Assembly: GCA_963716175.1 (NCBI GenBank)
Contig: OY970296.1
Coordinates: forward strand, 4,128,001-4,192,000
Length of the DNA: 64,000 nt
DNA from: an uncultured Armatimonadetes bacterium
Lineage (GTDB): Bacteria; Armatimonadota; Hebobacteria; Hebobacterales; Hebobacteraceae
Reading direction: 5' to 3'
Under the pieces are notes generated by a model. It ran no database searches. It worked only from the letters and a program-made list of their open reading frames with translations, and was not told the DNA's origin. Made by a program: the position numbers and the translations under genes. This document shows positions 1 to 9,734 of this stretch, piece after piece; position 1 is the stretch's first letter, and every line of letters starts with the position of its first letter.

Positions 1-353
1 GGCGGTGCAGTCGGGGTCTCCGGCTTCTCCTGGCGGCGCGAGATCACGTAGAGGTTGTTGGCCTCCTTGCGATAGGTGAGATGGTTCAGGTCGAGGATGG
101 CGCGAAGCGCCTGGGAGAAAGTGACGTCGTGCAACGACACGGTCACGGTCCCGGTCACGCCCGGTTCCAAGGTGAAGCTGTAGGGGGGCCGGAAGATCAG
201 CCGGAGCGCGTCCTCGAGGCGCGCATCCTTGAGGTCGAGAGTGATCGGGTTCTCTTCCTCCTGGGCATAGGCGAACGCGGTCACAGCCAGCCCCGCGGCC
301 ACCGCGAGAAGCAGCGCCAGCACGACCAGCAGCGGACGGACTTGCTTGCCCAT
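1..353 (-). CDS. Secretin/STN-domain-like protein, 5' part (runs off the window)
   Basis: Read by hand from ATG at 353: MGKQVRPLLVVLALLLAVAAGLAVTAFAYAQEEENPITLDLKDARLEDALRLIF..YSFTLEPGVTGTVTVSLHDVTFSQALRAIL. Signal peptide plus STN-like domain, downstream of pilMNOP. Confidence 0.7.
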   Translation of the reverse strand, partial: MGKQVRPLLVVLALLLAVAAGLAVTAFAYAQEEENPITLDLKDARLEDALRLIFRPPYSFTLEPGVTGTVTVSLHDVTFSQALRAILDLNHLTYRKEANNLYVISRRQEKPETPTAP

Positions 354-500
354 CTTCTTCTCCTCCGGCCTCAGCCGCACCCCATCACCGGGCGCCAGCG
401 GCCGCTCGTAGTGTAGCACACCATGGTTAGACTGTTAAGTGCGCGGTTTCGTTCCTGCGCTGGGACTGGCTGGTGCCAGCCGACGGAGGTGCGGTCCGGC

Positions 501-1238
501 TCACTCCTCAGCCGGCGGCGCCGCCGGCATTCCCGGGATGCTGATGGCAGCCGACGCCGCCCCACCAGGCGACAGAGAGCGCAGGGCCACGCGCCACCGC
601 TTTCCCTGGGCATCGGTGACGAAGATCGAGTCCGGCCCCACGGCGGTGACGCGGCTGCCGTCCACCATATCTCCCGGCTTGACGATGAAGGTGCGGCCAT
701 CCTGCTCCAGGATCGCCCAGGCCCCGTCGTCGAAGAGCAGACCCGCCACCCGGCGCCGACCCAAGGGACCGGCGGCCTCCGGCATCCCCGGCGGGCGCAG
801 CCCGCCGGCCTGCAAGATCACCGGGGGAAGATTGGCCAGCATTTCCGGGGAAATGGGCTGAGGAGGCGCCTCGAAGGTGAGGAAGGGATCCGGCCGGCTG
901 CGCTCCTCGGGACCAGCGCCCATCCGCACCTGCCCGACATAAGGGGAAACGGCCGGGCCAGCGGCAGGCGCACCCTCGGCGGCGCCCGGCGCACCCGGGG
1001 CACTCGGCGCCCCCGGCGCCGCACCACCGGGCGCGGCGGGCACGTTCTCACCCGGAGCCACCGCGCCGCCCGGCTGCGCAGCACCGCCGGCGGCCACCTG
1101 TTGGGCCGCGCCGAATCCCCCGGCGCCGGCCGCGCGCTGCCTTCCGCCCCGGCCCCGCAGGAAGAAGACGATGACGATGATGGCGATAAGAGCCACCCCG
1201 CCGGCGATGATGATCTTGTTCCGATCGGCCGCGCTCAT
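501..1238 (-). CDS. PilP-like pilus assembly protein
   Basis: N-terminal TM, Ala/Gly/Pro linker, RPDPF motif, C-terminal AILEQDGRTFIVKPGDMVDG..V beta domain; follows pilO. Confidence 0.6.
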   Translation of the reverse strand: MSAADRNKIIIAGGVALIAIIVIVFFLRGRGGRQRAAGAGGFGAAQQVAAGGAAQPGGAVAPGENVPAAPGGAAPGAPSAPGAPGAAEGAPAAGPAVSPYVGQVRMGAGPEERSRPDPFLTFEAPPQPISPEMLANLPPVILQAGGLRPPGMPEAAGPLGRRRVAGLLFDDGAWAILEQDGRTFIVKPGDMVDGSRVTAVGPDSIFVTDAQGKRWRVALRSLSPGGAASAAISIPGMPAAPPAEE

Positions 1239-1320
1239 TGGTCACTCCGCCCCGGAGAAGCTGTCTGCTCCGCGATCCCTGTAGCTCCTTCGGCAGCGCC
1301 GGGCGCGCTGCCGCTCAGAC

Positions 1321-2137
1321 TCATCCCCCGCCCCGGCCCCCGCGACCGCCCCCGCGGCCGCCGCCGCCACCACCGCGCATCCCTCGACCTCCGCCGCCTC
1401 CGCCCCGGCCGCCGCGCATTCCCCGGCCGCCACCCCGGCCCCCACCAGCGGCAGGGCCCGCGCCCGCGCCGCCCGTCTCCCCGACCGCCGCGGGGGCGAC
1501 CACAGGAGTCTGCAGCGCGGTCTGCGCCGCCTTGGTCCACTCATACAGCACCACCGGCACGCTGGCGTTCAGCGGCTGGCCGGGCTGCCGGGGGCCGCCG
1601 ATGGTGACGCTCTGCATCACCATGAAGCGGGGGGCCGTGGGCAGCTTCTCCAACCACTTGAGAAGTGACGCGAAATCCCTCACCTGAACGCTGAGATTCC
1701 AGCTCCAGGGGCCCAGCACTTTCTGAGCCGGGTTCGGGGGCTGGGTGCCATAGCCCGGGAAGCTATAGCCCGCAACCTCCGCCCCCGAGGACCGGAACCA
1801 CTTGTCTATCAGCAGGCCCTCCTCGCGGGAAGCTCCAGAGACGCATCATGCCGGCGATGGGGTCCGAGAGGTCTATGTCGGGCATGTACATCTTCATAAT
1901 CTGGTCGAAGCTGGCCTTGATCACGGCCTCTTGCTGCTTGGCCGTCTCCAGGTCGCGCTGCGCCTTGGGGCCGTTGGCCCTGGCCCAGTCCTCCTGCTCC
2001 TTGGCGCCGGCATTGATCTTGCCGATCTCGGCCGTCTGGGGCCGAATGAAGGCGAAGAGGAATGCCACCGCGACCCCGACGATCACCACCAGCCCGGCGA
2101 TCAGCACCTGAATTCTGGTCACCCGAAACTGCTTCAC
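1321..2137 (-). CDS. pilO: PilO-like protein (frameshift near 1825) with RGG tail
   Basis: ORF 1763-2137 (TM plus coiled coil) and ORF 1321-1719 (DFASLLKWLEKLPTAPRFM) join across one indel; position after pilN. Confidence 0.65.
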
Positions 2138-2197
2138 AGGACGGCTCCTCTATCTCCCGCCAAGCAGAATCCTGCCGGCCCGGCCGGCGCCTGCCGA

Positions 2198-3031
2198 TCA
2201 ACCACCCCGGCCGCGGCCTCCGCCGCGCCCGCCACCGCCGCCGCGCCCGCCACCGCCGCCACGACCGCCACCGCCCGCGCCGCGGCCTCCGCCACCGCCA
2301 CCGCGAGCGCCGCCCACGCCGCCACCGCGACCGCCACCGCCGCCGCGGCCGCCGCCCATGCGCCCGCCGCCTCCGGCGCGGCCGCCGCCCACCCCGGCGT
2401 CGGCAGGGGGCGCCGGGATCAGACCGAGAGGAACATAGTCGGGGCTAAGCGCAATGGAGATGCTGACCGGAGTCTGCATCTTGGGGTTGCCGCCTGTGGG
2501 CAGCTCCCCGGGCCAGCCCACGGTGGCAGTGGAGAAACTGACCGCCCCCGGCCCGGCGTTGGGGTCCACCATCTCGCACCGCAGCATATTCAGGTACCAG
2601 CGGGTGGCGGCCATCAGGCTGCTCGTGGTTCCGCTGAGATTGAGGCGATTCCCGCTGGGCAGCGGGAAACCATTCACCACCACCTCGTCCGGGATGTACT
2701 TGTTGAGGATGGTGAAGTAGCGAATCCACCGCGTCGGTATCTTGTCGGACTCGAGCTTCCACTGCACCCAGTTCGCCTTGCTGGCATAGCGGGCCCGGGT
2801 GGCATCCACTTCCGCTTGCAGTTGCTCCACCTTGCCGGCTTCCTGCGCCGCCAGGCTCTGGCGGTCGAGCGCGTGGCCGCGCTGCGAGACCAGGGAGAAA
2901 GGCGCGGGCGCCCAGATGTAGGCGCAGAACAGCGCCAGCTCGATCACCAGCACCACCGCCAGCAGCCGCAGGATCGCCTTGACGCGGCGACCCTCCAGAA
3001 TGTAGCCCGGCAGCAGGTTGATCTTGATCAT
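2198..3031 (-). CDS. pilN: PilN-like protein with Gly/Arg-rich tail
   Basis: MIKINLLP (PilM-binding INLLP motif), TM, coiled coil. Confidence 0.85.
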   Translation of the reverse strand: MIKINLLPGYILEGRRVKAILRLLAVVLVIELALFCAYIWAPAPFSLVSQRGHALDRQSLAAQEAGKVEQLQAEVDATRARYASKANWVQWKLESDKIPTRWIRYFTILNKYIPDEVVVNGFPLPSGNRLNLSGTTSSLMAATRWYLNMLRCEMVDPNAGPGAVSFSTATVGWPGELPTGGNPKMQTPVSISIALSPDYVPLGLIPAPPADAGVGGGRAGGGGRMGGGRGGGGGRGGGVGGARGGGGGGRGAGGGGRGGGGGRGGGGGRGGGRGRGG

Positions 3032-3048
3032 GGGCCGTCTCCTGGAGT

Positions 3049-4359
3049 CTACTCCAACATGTCCCGGATCGCCAGCCCCACGACGATGGGCAGATAGGGC
3101 CCGTTCTCCTGGACGAACTGGGAGGGAACCCCACTCTCGTCCACCTCCAGCCGCAGGAACGGGTTGCCCACCTCCACCGAGGTTCCCACCTCACCGGCCA
3201 GGAACTCGGCGAAGTTGGGCAGGCGTGCGGTGCCCCCATAGACCAGAATCTTGTCCACGCGGGAATCGGGGAACCGGTTGCTATAGTACTCGATGGAGCG
3301 CCTGATCTCCGTGACCAGCTCCACCAAGGTAGGCAGCATCACATCGTACACCTGCCGGCCCGGGGTGCCCGCCCCCGGGGTGTGCAGCACGGGCAGGCCG
3401 GCCATGCGCGCCGGCGGGGGCTGCTCGGAGGAAGGCGGGGCCACCGGGCCGGCCTCGGCCCCCAGATCGAAGACGGGGCCGGCCGGCACTTCCTCCTCCC
3501 CTTCCTCGATGGAGAACACCCGCTCGATATCGGGCTCCATGATGCGGGTGGGCGGCTGCTGCTGGGCCGGCAGCGTCTCCCGCGGCGCCTCCAGGGCGGG
3601 GGCGCTCTCGATGTAGAGGCTGGCCTGCTCCAGCTTCACCCGCTCCGCCTCGTGGAACTCATAGCCCAGGCCCTCGGCGATGGCATTGGTGATGTTGTCT
3701 CCGGCCAGCGGCACCGGGCGAGTGAAGCTCAGCAGGCCCCGGCGCACGATGCTCAGGTCGGTAGTGTTGGCCCCCACATTGAGCAAGGCGTAAGTGTGGT
3801 CGTAGGCGCCCTGATCCCGGTTGATATCAATCAGCGAGCGGCTCGCGGCCAGGGGCTCGACATCCAGGGCCGAAGGCTCCAGCCCGGCCCGGAAGAGGGT
3901 GTCCACATGGGCGTTGATCATGTCCTCCTGGGCCACCGCCAGCAGCACCTCCATGTTCTGGGCCTCCGGCGGCAGCTCTTCAGGAGGGATCAACGGCTGG
4001 AAATCCATCACCACTTCGCTGGCGGCAAAGGGGATATGGCGCTCCACCTCCCACTGCATGGTCTCGGCCAGCTCCTGCCGGGTCATGCGCGGCACCTCGA
4101 TGGGGCGCACCACCAGCGAGGACTGGCTGGCCACCGAGCTGACCACGTTCTTGGTGCGGATGCCGTGCTGATCCAGCATCTGGCGCAGCGCGGCGGCCAG
4201 GGTGCTGGCATCCACGATCACGCCATTGGAGATGGTGTCGCGCGGGGTGTACCCGATGCCGGCGTTGGTGATGATAGGCCCGCGCCGCCCGACCCGGGCC
4301 TCGACGAACTTGATCCGGTTGGTCCCGATGTCGAGACCGAGAACGGCTTGATCCGCCAT
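3049..4359 (-). CDS. pilM: Type IV pilus assembly actin-like protein PilM
   Basis: LGLDIGTNRIK, EVERHIPF, LNVGANTT, GGTARL motifs. Confidence 0.95.
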   Translation of the reverse strand: MADQAVLGLDIGTNRIKFVEARVGRRGPIITNAGIGYTPRDTISNGVIVDASTLAAALRQMLDQHGIRTKNVVSSVASQSSLVVRPIEVPRMTRQELAETMQWEVERHIPFAASEVVMDFQPLIPPEELPPEAQNMEVLLAVAQEDMINAHVDTLFRAGLEPSALDVEPLAASRSLIDINRDQGAYDHTYALLNVGANTTDLSIVRRGLLSFTRPVPLAGDNITNAIAEGLGYEFHEAERVKLEQASLYIESAPALEAPRETLPAQQQPPTRIMEPDIERVFSIEEGEEEVPAGPVFDLGAEAGPVAPPSSEQPPPARMAGLPVLHTPGAGTPGRQVYDVMLPTLVELVTEIRRSIEYYSNRFPDSRVDKILVYGGTARLPNFAEFLAGEVGTSVEVGNPFLRLEVDESGVPSQFVQENGPYLPIVVGLAIRDMLE

Positions 4360-4448
4360 GGCGCCCGTCGTCCCCTTGGCTGGGGGACAAGGCAGATCGC
4401 CCGCCCATCAGGCAGCCGCTCTGCCCTTCACCCCCTGCCGAATGTTAG

Positions 4449-4457
4449 ATTATAGCA
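4449..4457 (-). promoter_or_regulatory. Extended -10 element (TGCTATAAT) upstream of pilM
   Basis: Reverse complement of ATTATAGCA, about 90 bp before the pilM ATG. Confidence 0.6.
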
Positions 4458-4543
4458 CCGGGTTGATGGTTCCGCAAGAAACCCGGCGAATTCACCAGCG
4501 CCGTTTCAATGTCCGCTGCCGGCGGCGAGCGAACGCTCTTCGT

Positions 4544-4635
4544 GTAGGGCGGGGTCACCGAACCCCGCCTCATCCCTCAACAACAAGAACGGCCGGCGGG
4601 CAAGCCCCGGAGGGCGTGATGAATCACGCCCCTAC
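4544..4635. repeat. Inverted pair of GTAG-headed REP palindromes
   Basis: GTAGGGCGGGGTCACCGAACCCCGCC ... GGGCGTGATGAATCACGCCCCTAC. Confidence 0.8.
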
Positions 4636-4654
4636 GGAGTTCCCCTGCGCCCGG

Positions 4655-7600
4655 CTAGCCTCCTGCCTGCCCGGAGATTCGCTCTCCCCAGACCATCAGA
4701 TCCGGCGTCAACGGAAAGCCGGGGAAGCGCACGGTGGTGATGGTGGTATTGCCCTGGGGGCTGAGCGGATCAACCCGCGAGCGGGTGTAGCGCAGCAGCG
4801 GGTCATAGGCATAGCTGAGATAGGTGGGCAGAGGCGGGGCGGTGAACATGCCCCCCCACTTGCCGGTCCAGTCCGCCACATCGCCCAGGGGAGCCGGCAT
4901 ATTCTCGGAGATGGCGCCGTAGACCGAGATGCAGATATTGAGGGGCTCGTGGTAGGCGGGGTAGTCTACGCTGGGATAGGAGTCCTTGGTGCTGAAGTCC
5001 TCGTTGAACCACGGCCCCGGGATGATGAACCAGGAGCCATTCTGCGCGTAGATCAGGGCCTGCACCTGGACCTGCAAAGGAATCATGACCTGCTTATCTT
5101 CTGCGTTGATATCCATGTACCGCGGTGGGGCGATGGCGATGGGGCCGAGGAGGTAGCCGAGTTCGTCAGGCCTGACGACCCAGGAGTAGCTCCCGTCGGC
5201 TGCCTGTTCTCGCACCGGCATGACCTTGGGTGTGAATGTGAGGGTGTCTCTTCCGGTGAGGGTGATGCCGGAGAGGGCCATGGTCTGCCGGCCCGCGATG
5301 GGCAGGAACTCAGGAACACCGTTAGCGGGGAGACCGCTCGTGGAATCGAAGTTGAACCAGACGCCGGACTTGGTGGTGCCGGAGCCAGCGTCGGCTACGA
5401 ATGTGTAAGGATCTGAGGCGTCCCAGACTGGGGTCTCGTTAACAGCTAGCTGCTCGACCTGCACGCTCGCCTTCTTGTCCGTAGGCATTGTCGGCGGGCT
5501 CGGGGTGATGTCGTCTGCGCCCTCCCACGGCTGAGTCCCGTCCTGCATATACCATGCCGAATGCCCGATGATCAGGCGCAGGTCGAGCATCTGCTGGTAG
5601 TTCGCCGGGAAGGCGGCGAGGCGCACGCTGCGATAGGTGTAGGTGATGTTCGCAGGGATCGTGGGGATTGGAGTGGTGTCATCCCAGTTCCCAGGGGTGG
5701 GATCAAGCTCGGGGTCGCCCTGCGCGAAGGCGTACTGCGGGTACTGCTGCCGCGGGTAGCGCGGCTGCAAGTCGTTGTAGTATTGCGGGTTGTTGCTCCC
5801 GTCGAGCGGCGCGCTCAGCAGATCCTGCGGCCGGGGGTTGAGGGCGGTGGTGTTGAGGCAGACGTAATCGCGGGCGATGAGGGCGAGGCGGGAGCCCCAG
5901 GCCAGCTCATCATCGAGGGTCAAGGGGGTGGTGGCGCCCTGCACGGCGAGGCCAGCGCCCAGCGGCCCCGGGGTGAGCAGGTCGCCCTCGATGTAGATGG
6001 TGCCGCCGGACACCACCTGCAAGTCGAAGCGGCGGCGCTGGCCGTCGGTCTTGCTGTACCCGCCCGCATCGAAGTAGGTGGTGGGATAGACACCCGCGGT
6101 GGGGCCGGGCCGCGCCGGGGGCATGATGCCGCGAATGCGGACATTGCCATCGGCGTAGATCACGCCATTCGGAGGAAACGGGAAATAGGCGGCGGCTTGT
6201 TCCACCCTGACCGCGTGTCCCGTGCCCAGGGGCAGGCAGTATCCAGGCACGGACGAATACGGCAAGGTCCCGGTGGCGGAGACGACCGTACCATCGGGGC
6301 CCTGCCAGTAGTACTGGCTGCCCGTCGCACCCTTGACGTCGTCGCGGGTGATCTCCAGGTAGGGGCACTTGCTCTCCCCATGCAGCACGATCTCCACGCC
6401 GGGGGGCGCGTAGTAGCGAGCGGTCCGGTCCCACCAGTCGGCGGGGCCGAGGGGAGGCGAAGTCGGTACGGTCGAAGCCGCGGCGGTGGTTCTCTGGTCG
6501 CCTCGAGGCGCGGGCGAAAGGTTGGTGTCGTGCACTCCCACCGAGCCCACCCAGTTCAGCCGCAGCTTCTCGAGGTCGTGGTTGTACTGGATATCTTCCC
6601 GGTTATCAATGTAGAGGCCGCCGTAGTTGGTCCACCCCCAGCCATAGAGGCCGGTGTTGTAGAACTCCTGGCGCTGCCCGACGATTCTCGACTTCCACTC
6701 GCCGGAATCCCGGGTGAGGGCGAGGTAGCGGTTGGTGAGCAGCTCGGGCTGGACGGCGTCCATGAGCGGGGGCCGCACCCGGGGCACGGCCAGGTAGGGC
6801 GCCGGAAGCGGGTCCGCTCCTCCCGCCGGCGTGTAGGGCGGCAGGCTGGCCAGCACCCGGCAGGTGTTGGGATCAGCGGTGTTGTCGGACCGCAGGGCAT
6901 CGGGATAGCCGTTCATGTAGAGCAGGGACTCGGTGCCGGTGGCGGGATGAAAGACATCGCTGGCGCGGGAGACGCCATCCACGAAGAGGTTGAGCACGCT
7001 GAGGCCGCTGACGGGGGTGATCTCCGGATTGCCCGGGCGGAAGTCGCCCGCCACCTCGATGCGGTCATCGCGAAAGAGGTTGACATTCGCGTCCTTGGTG
7101 AAAAGCTCGACCCGGGAGGGGCCATACCAGTAGAGCTGGGTGTTGGAGCGAACGGGCCCGGAGATGCGAAACGGGATGGTCTCCCGGCCCAGGCCGGTGG
7201 GATACTCCACCCCAGTGACGCCCAGGGCGGCGGGCCGGCCGGTCTCGAAGCGGTCGGTGATGAAGCGGGCGTAGTCGGTGAGCAGGAGGGGCTTGAGGGC
7301 GAGCACGGTGTGGCGCAGGAACGGGTTATCGGGGAAGACCGCGCTCGCCACCACCCGCACGAAGCGGGTCTGAAGGCGGCCGGGGCTGGGGTCGGGGCCA
7401 TAGCTGACCTCAACGCTGACGTCGCCGCCCCCGGAGCGGTAGACCTTCTGGCTGGGGCGCCAATCCGCGCCCTCCAGGCTGTAGGTGAGCTGCTCGTTGG
7501 CGAAGCGGAGGCCGGCCTCGGCGATGTTGCGAAGCTGGACGACATCGGTGCGCCGGCCGGTCTGGGCGAGGTGAGAGCTGATGATGGCGGCGAAGAGGGC

Positions 7601-7750
7601 AGCCAGGGTGGCCACCGCGAAGAGCACCAGGATGGCGATCATGAGGGCTTGGCCGTGTTGTTGCCGCCACGGCGCGCGAAGCGCCCCAGGCTGGGAGCCT
7701 GGGCTACCGGCCGCTGGTCGCGGACCTGCGCTACTGGTTCTGCTTGGCAT
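4655..7750 (-). CDS. Large PilX-like minor pilin / pilus-associated protein
   Basis: HG|QALMIAILVLF hydrophobic segment lacking E5, then LRNIAEAGLRFA, typical of the PilX/GspK N-terminus; 1031 aa. Confidence 0.75.
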   Translation of the reverse strand: MPSRTSSAGPRPAAGSPGSQPGALRAPWRQQHGQALMIAILVLFAVATLAALFAAIISSHLAQTGRRTDVVQLRNIAEAGLRFANEQLTYSLEGADWRPSQKVYRSGGGDVSVEVSYGPDPSPGRLQTRFVRVVASAVFPDNPFLRHTVLALKPLLLTDYARFITDRFETGRPAALGVTGVEYPTGLGRETIPFRISGPVRSNTQLYWYGPSRVELFTKDANVNLFRDDRIEVAGDFRPGNPEITPVSGLSVLNLFVDGVSRASDVFHPATGTESLLYMNGYPDALRSDNTADPNTCRVLASLPPYTPAGGADPLPAPYLAVPRVRPPLMDAVQPELLTNRYLALTRDSGEWKSRIVGQRQEFYNTGLYGWGWTNYGGLYIDNREDIQYNHDLEKLRLNWVGSVGVHDTNLSPAPRGDQRTTAAASTVPTSPPLGPADWWDRTARYYAPPGVEIVLHGESKCPYLEITRDDVKGATGSQYYWQGPDGTVVSATGTLPYSSVPGYCLPLGTGHAVRVEQAAAYFPFPPNGVIYADGNVRIRGIMPPARPGPTAGVYPTTYFDAGGYSKTDGQRRRFDLQVVSGGTIYIEGDLLTPGPLGAGLAVQGATTPLTLDDELAWGSRLALIARDYVCLNTTALNPRPQDLLSAPLDGSNNPQYYNDLQPRYPRQQYPQYAFAQGDPELDPTPGNWDDTTPIPTIPANITYTYRSVRLAAFPANYQQMLDLRLIIGHSAWYMQDGTQPWEGADDITPSPPTMPTDKKASVQVEQLAVNETPVWDASDPYTFVADAGSGTTKSGVWFNFDSTSGLPANGVPEFLPIAGRQTMALSGITLTGRDTLTFTPKVMPVREQAADGSYSWVVRPDELGYLLGPIAIAPPRYMDINAEDKQVMIPLQVQVQALIYAQNGSWFIIPGPWFNEDFSTKDSYPSVDYPAYHEPLNICISVYGAISENMPAPLGDVADWTGKWGGMFTAPPLPTYLSYAYDPLLRYTRSRVDPLSPQGNTTITTVRFPGFPLTPDLMVWGERISGQAGG

Positions 7751-9734
7751 AGGGGATCTCGCGCAGCAAATTGTGCAGCTTCACCCGGCGGGTGAGGTAG
7801 GAGGCCTGGGCGATGCGCTCGCCCGCCGGGGCGCTGGGGTCGGCGCGGGAGACGGTGAGGCCGATGTCAATGATGGCGGCGGTGCGGTAGTAGGCGGTGA
7901 TGAGGTCGGGGTGCTCGACCATCTCCTTGGTGATGGCGTCCTGGGCGGTCACGCTGTTGTTGCGCCAGCGGTAGTCCACCTGGAGCTTGGTGGTCGTGGC
8001 GTTGGTCGCCTCACCCGCGGACAGGTTGTCGGGCAAGCGGATCCAGCCGTACCGCGGCTGGTCGGGGTTGTTCACCAGGATGGTCGGGTCCAGGCCCAAC
8101 TGGAACTCATCGCGGCGCTCGCGCGGCGTGCAGTAGACCTGCCTGAGCACCCTGACCACGTTGCCGCTGGGATCCAGGAGCTTCACGGACACGGAATCGG
8201 GGACGACAAAGAGCGTCAGCGCCGAGGTGGCCGTATAGTCTCTCCACTCGTCTCGGAGCGAGAACTCCCAGACTTTGCGGCCTGGCACGCCCGCATTAGC
8301 TAACGGCGTGTCGCTGTTGGGAATCGCCTGGGGCGGGGCCGGGAAGTCGAACCGCAGGGAGCCATCTATCCAGTCTATGGAGAAGCCGAACGCGGGGCTG
8401 TTCGAGGCCGTGAGGGAGCGGAACAGCGACATGTCGCCCGGCTTCGCCAGATGCTGCTGATAGGCGACGACGTCATAGGCCCCGGTGGCAAAGTCGTTGG
8501 TGTCATAGGCGAGACCGGTGGTCAGGTCGAGCACCTTCATGGTGCGGGTGCGCGGGTCGAAGGCGCCGAGGGCCGAGGGCTGGTCGGCGTAGCCGAGCAG
8601 AGTGGTGTTGTAGCGATAGATCATGAGGAAGGGATCGCGCGCCCACTGATCCCAGCGCAACTGTTTCAGCTGCGCCACCAGTGCGGGATTGCTGGCGAGC
8701 GCGGACCACCCGGTGTAGGGAGTGCCCTGCCGCCACAGGGAATAGCGCGCGCGGTAGATGGTGCCATCAGGGCCGGCCGGGCCGTCCAGGGGCCGCATGC
8801 GCTCGCCCGCCACCACCAGGGGGGTGAAGGAGAGCCGAGGGACATCGTACTCGGGAGCGTTGGGGCTGAGGCCGACCACCTTGCTGCGATAGAGGCGCAC
8901 CTGGTCCGGCGTGAGCTTGGTGCCGTAGCTGTTGTAGATGGCCATGAGATAGGGATAGCCGGGCTGAAGGGTGCGGTTGCGGGCGCCAATCCGACTCCCC
9001 GTGGTCACCCAGGTGCGATAGTCCACATCGGAGTGGACCAGGCGCGCAATCGGCGCCCAGTTCTTGGGCCAGTCCGGCACGCCCGTCGGCCGCATGGTGT
9101 CCTGCTCGGCGGCCCATGCCTCATTCCACTGGTTCCAGTCATCGTCGGTGCGGAAGGGCTCAGGCACCACGGTGCGGGCGAGGAAGAAGAGGTTGCCGGG
9201 CTCGAGATGAGTGCCGGGGGTGTAGTTGCGAGTGGGATCGTTGAGCGCCTGCCAGTAGCGGATGGCGCGGCTGTAGTCGGGCCGGGGCGGGGTGACGATC
9301 TCGCTGTTGGGGTCGTCCGGGTTGAGGCGCAGGGGGGGCACGAAGGCGATCATGCTGTTGTCGTACATATCGAGCTGGACGTACATGGCCTCGGCGAGCT
9401 CGCGGGCCATGGTGTCAACCGCGGTGCGGGCCACGGTCTGCGCGTCGGCGCGGGCGGTGGCGGTGCGGAAGTAGCCCAAGCTGTTGGTGATGGGGATGAA
9501 GAGCAGCATCAGCACGATGGCGAGCAGCCCGATGGTGATGAGGAGCTCGGTCAGAGTGAAGGCGCGCTGTAGGGCGGGCATGTCTCTGCATGCCCGCCGT
9601 GTTTCGAAGCGGGGCAGGAGCAAGCTCCTGCCGAACGGGCTTCCCTGTAGGGCGGGTATGCAAAGCATGCCCGCCGCAGGCTGCGTATTCCGATAGGCGG
9701 CGGGCATAGGCATGCCCGCCCTACACACGGACAT
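7731..9734 (-). CDS. Large prepilin-type N-terminal cleavage/methylation protein
   Basis: RA|FTLTELLITIGLLAIV. Probable start is ATG 9734, coupled to the upstream stop; the leader contains REPs. Confidence 0.85.
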   Translation of the reverse strand: MSVCRAGMPMPAAYRNTQPAAGMLCIPALQGSPFGRSLLLPRFETRRACRDMPALQRAFTLTELLITIGLLAIVLMLLFIPITNSLGYFRTATARADAQTVARTAVDTMARELAEAMYVQLDMYDNSMIAFVPPLRLNPDDPNSEIVTPPRPDYSRAIRYWQALNDPTRNYTPGTHLEPGNLFFLARTVVPEPFRTDDDWNQWNEAWAAEQDTMRPTGVPDWPKNWAPIARLVHSDVDYRTWVTTGSRIGARNRTLQPGYPYLMAIYNSYGTKLTPDQVRLYRSKVVGLSPNAPEYDVPRLSFTPLVVAGERMRPLDGPAGPDGTIYRARYSLWRQGTPYTGWSALASNPALVAQLKQLRWDQWARDPFLMIYRYNTTLLGYADQPSALGAFDPRTRTMKVLDLTTGLAYDTNDFATGAYDVVAYQQHLAKPGDMSLFRSLTASNSPAFGFSIDWIDGSLRFDFPAPPQAIPNSDTPLANAGVPGRKVWEFSLRDEWRDYTATSALTLFVVPDSVSVKLLDPSGNVVRVLRQVYCTPRERRDEFQLGLDPTILVNNPDQPRYGWIRLPDNLSAGEATNATTTKLQVDYRWRNNSVTAQDAITKEMVEHPDLITAYYRTAAIIDIGLTVSRADPSAPAGERIAQASYLTRRVKLHNLLREIPYAKQNQ

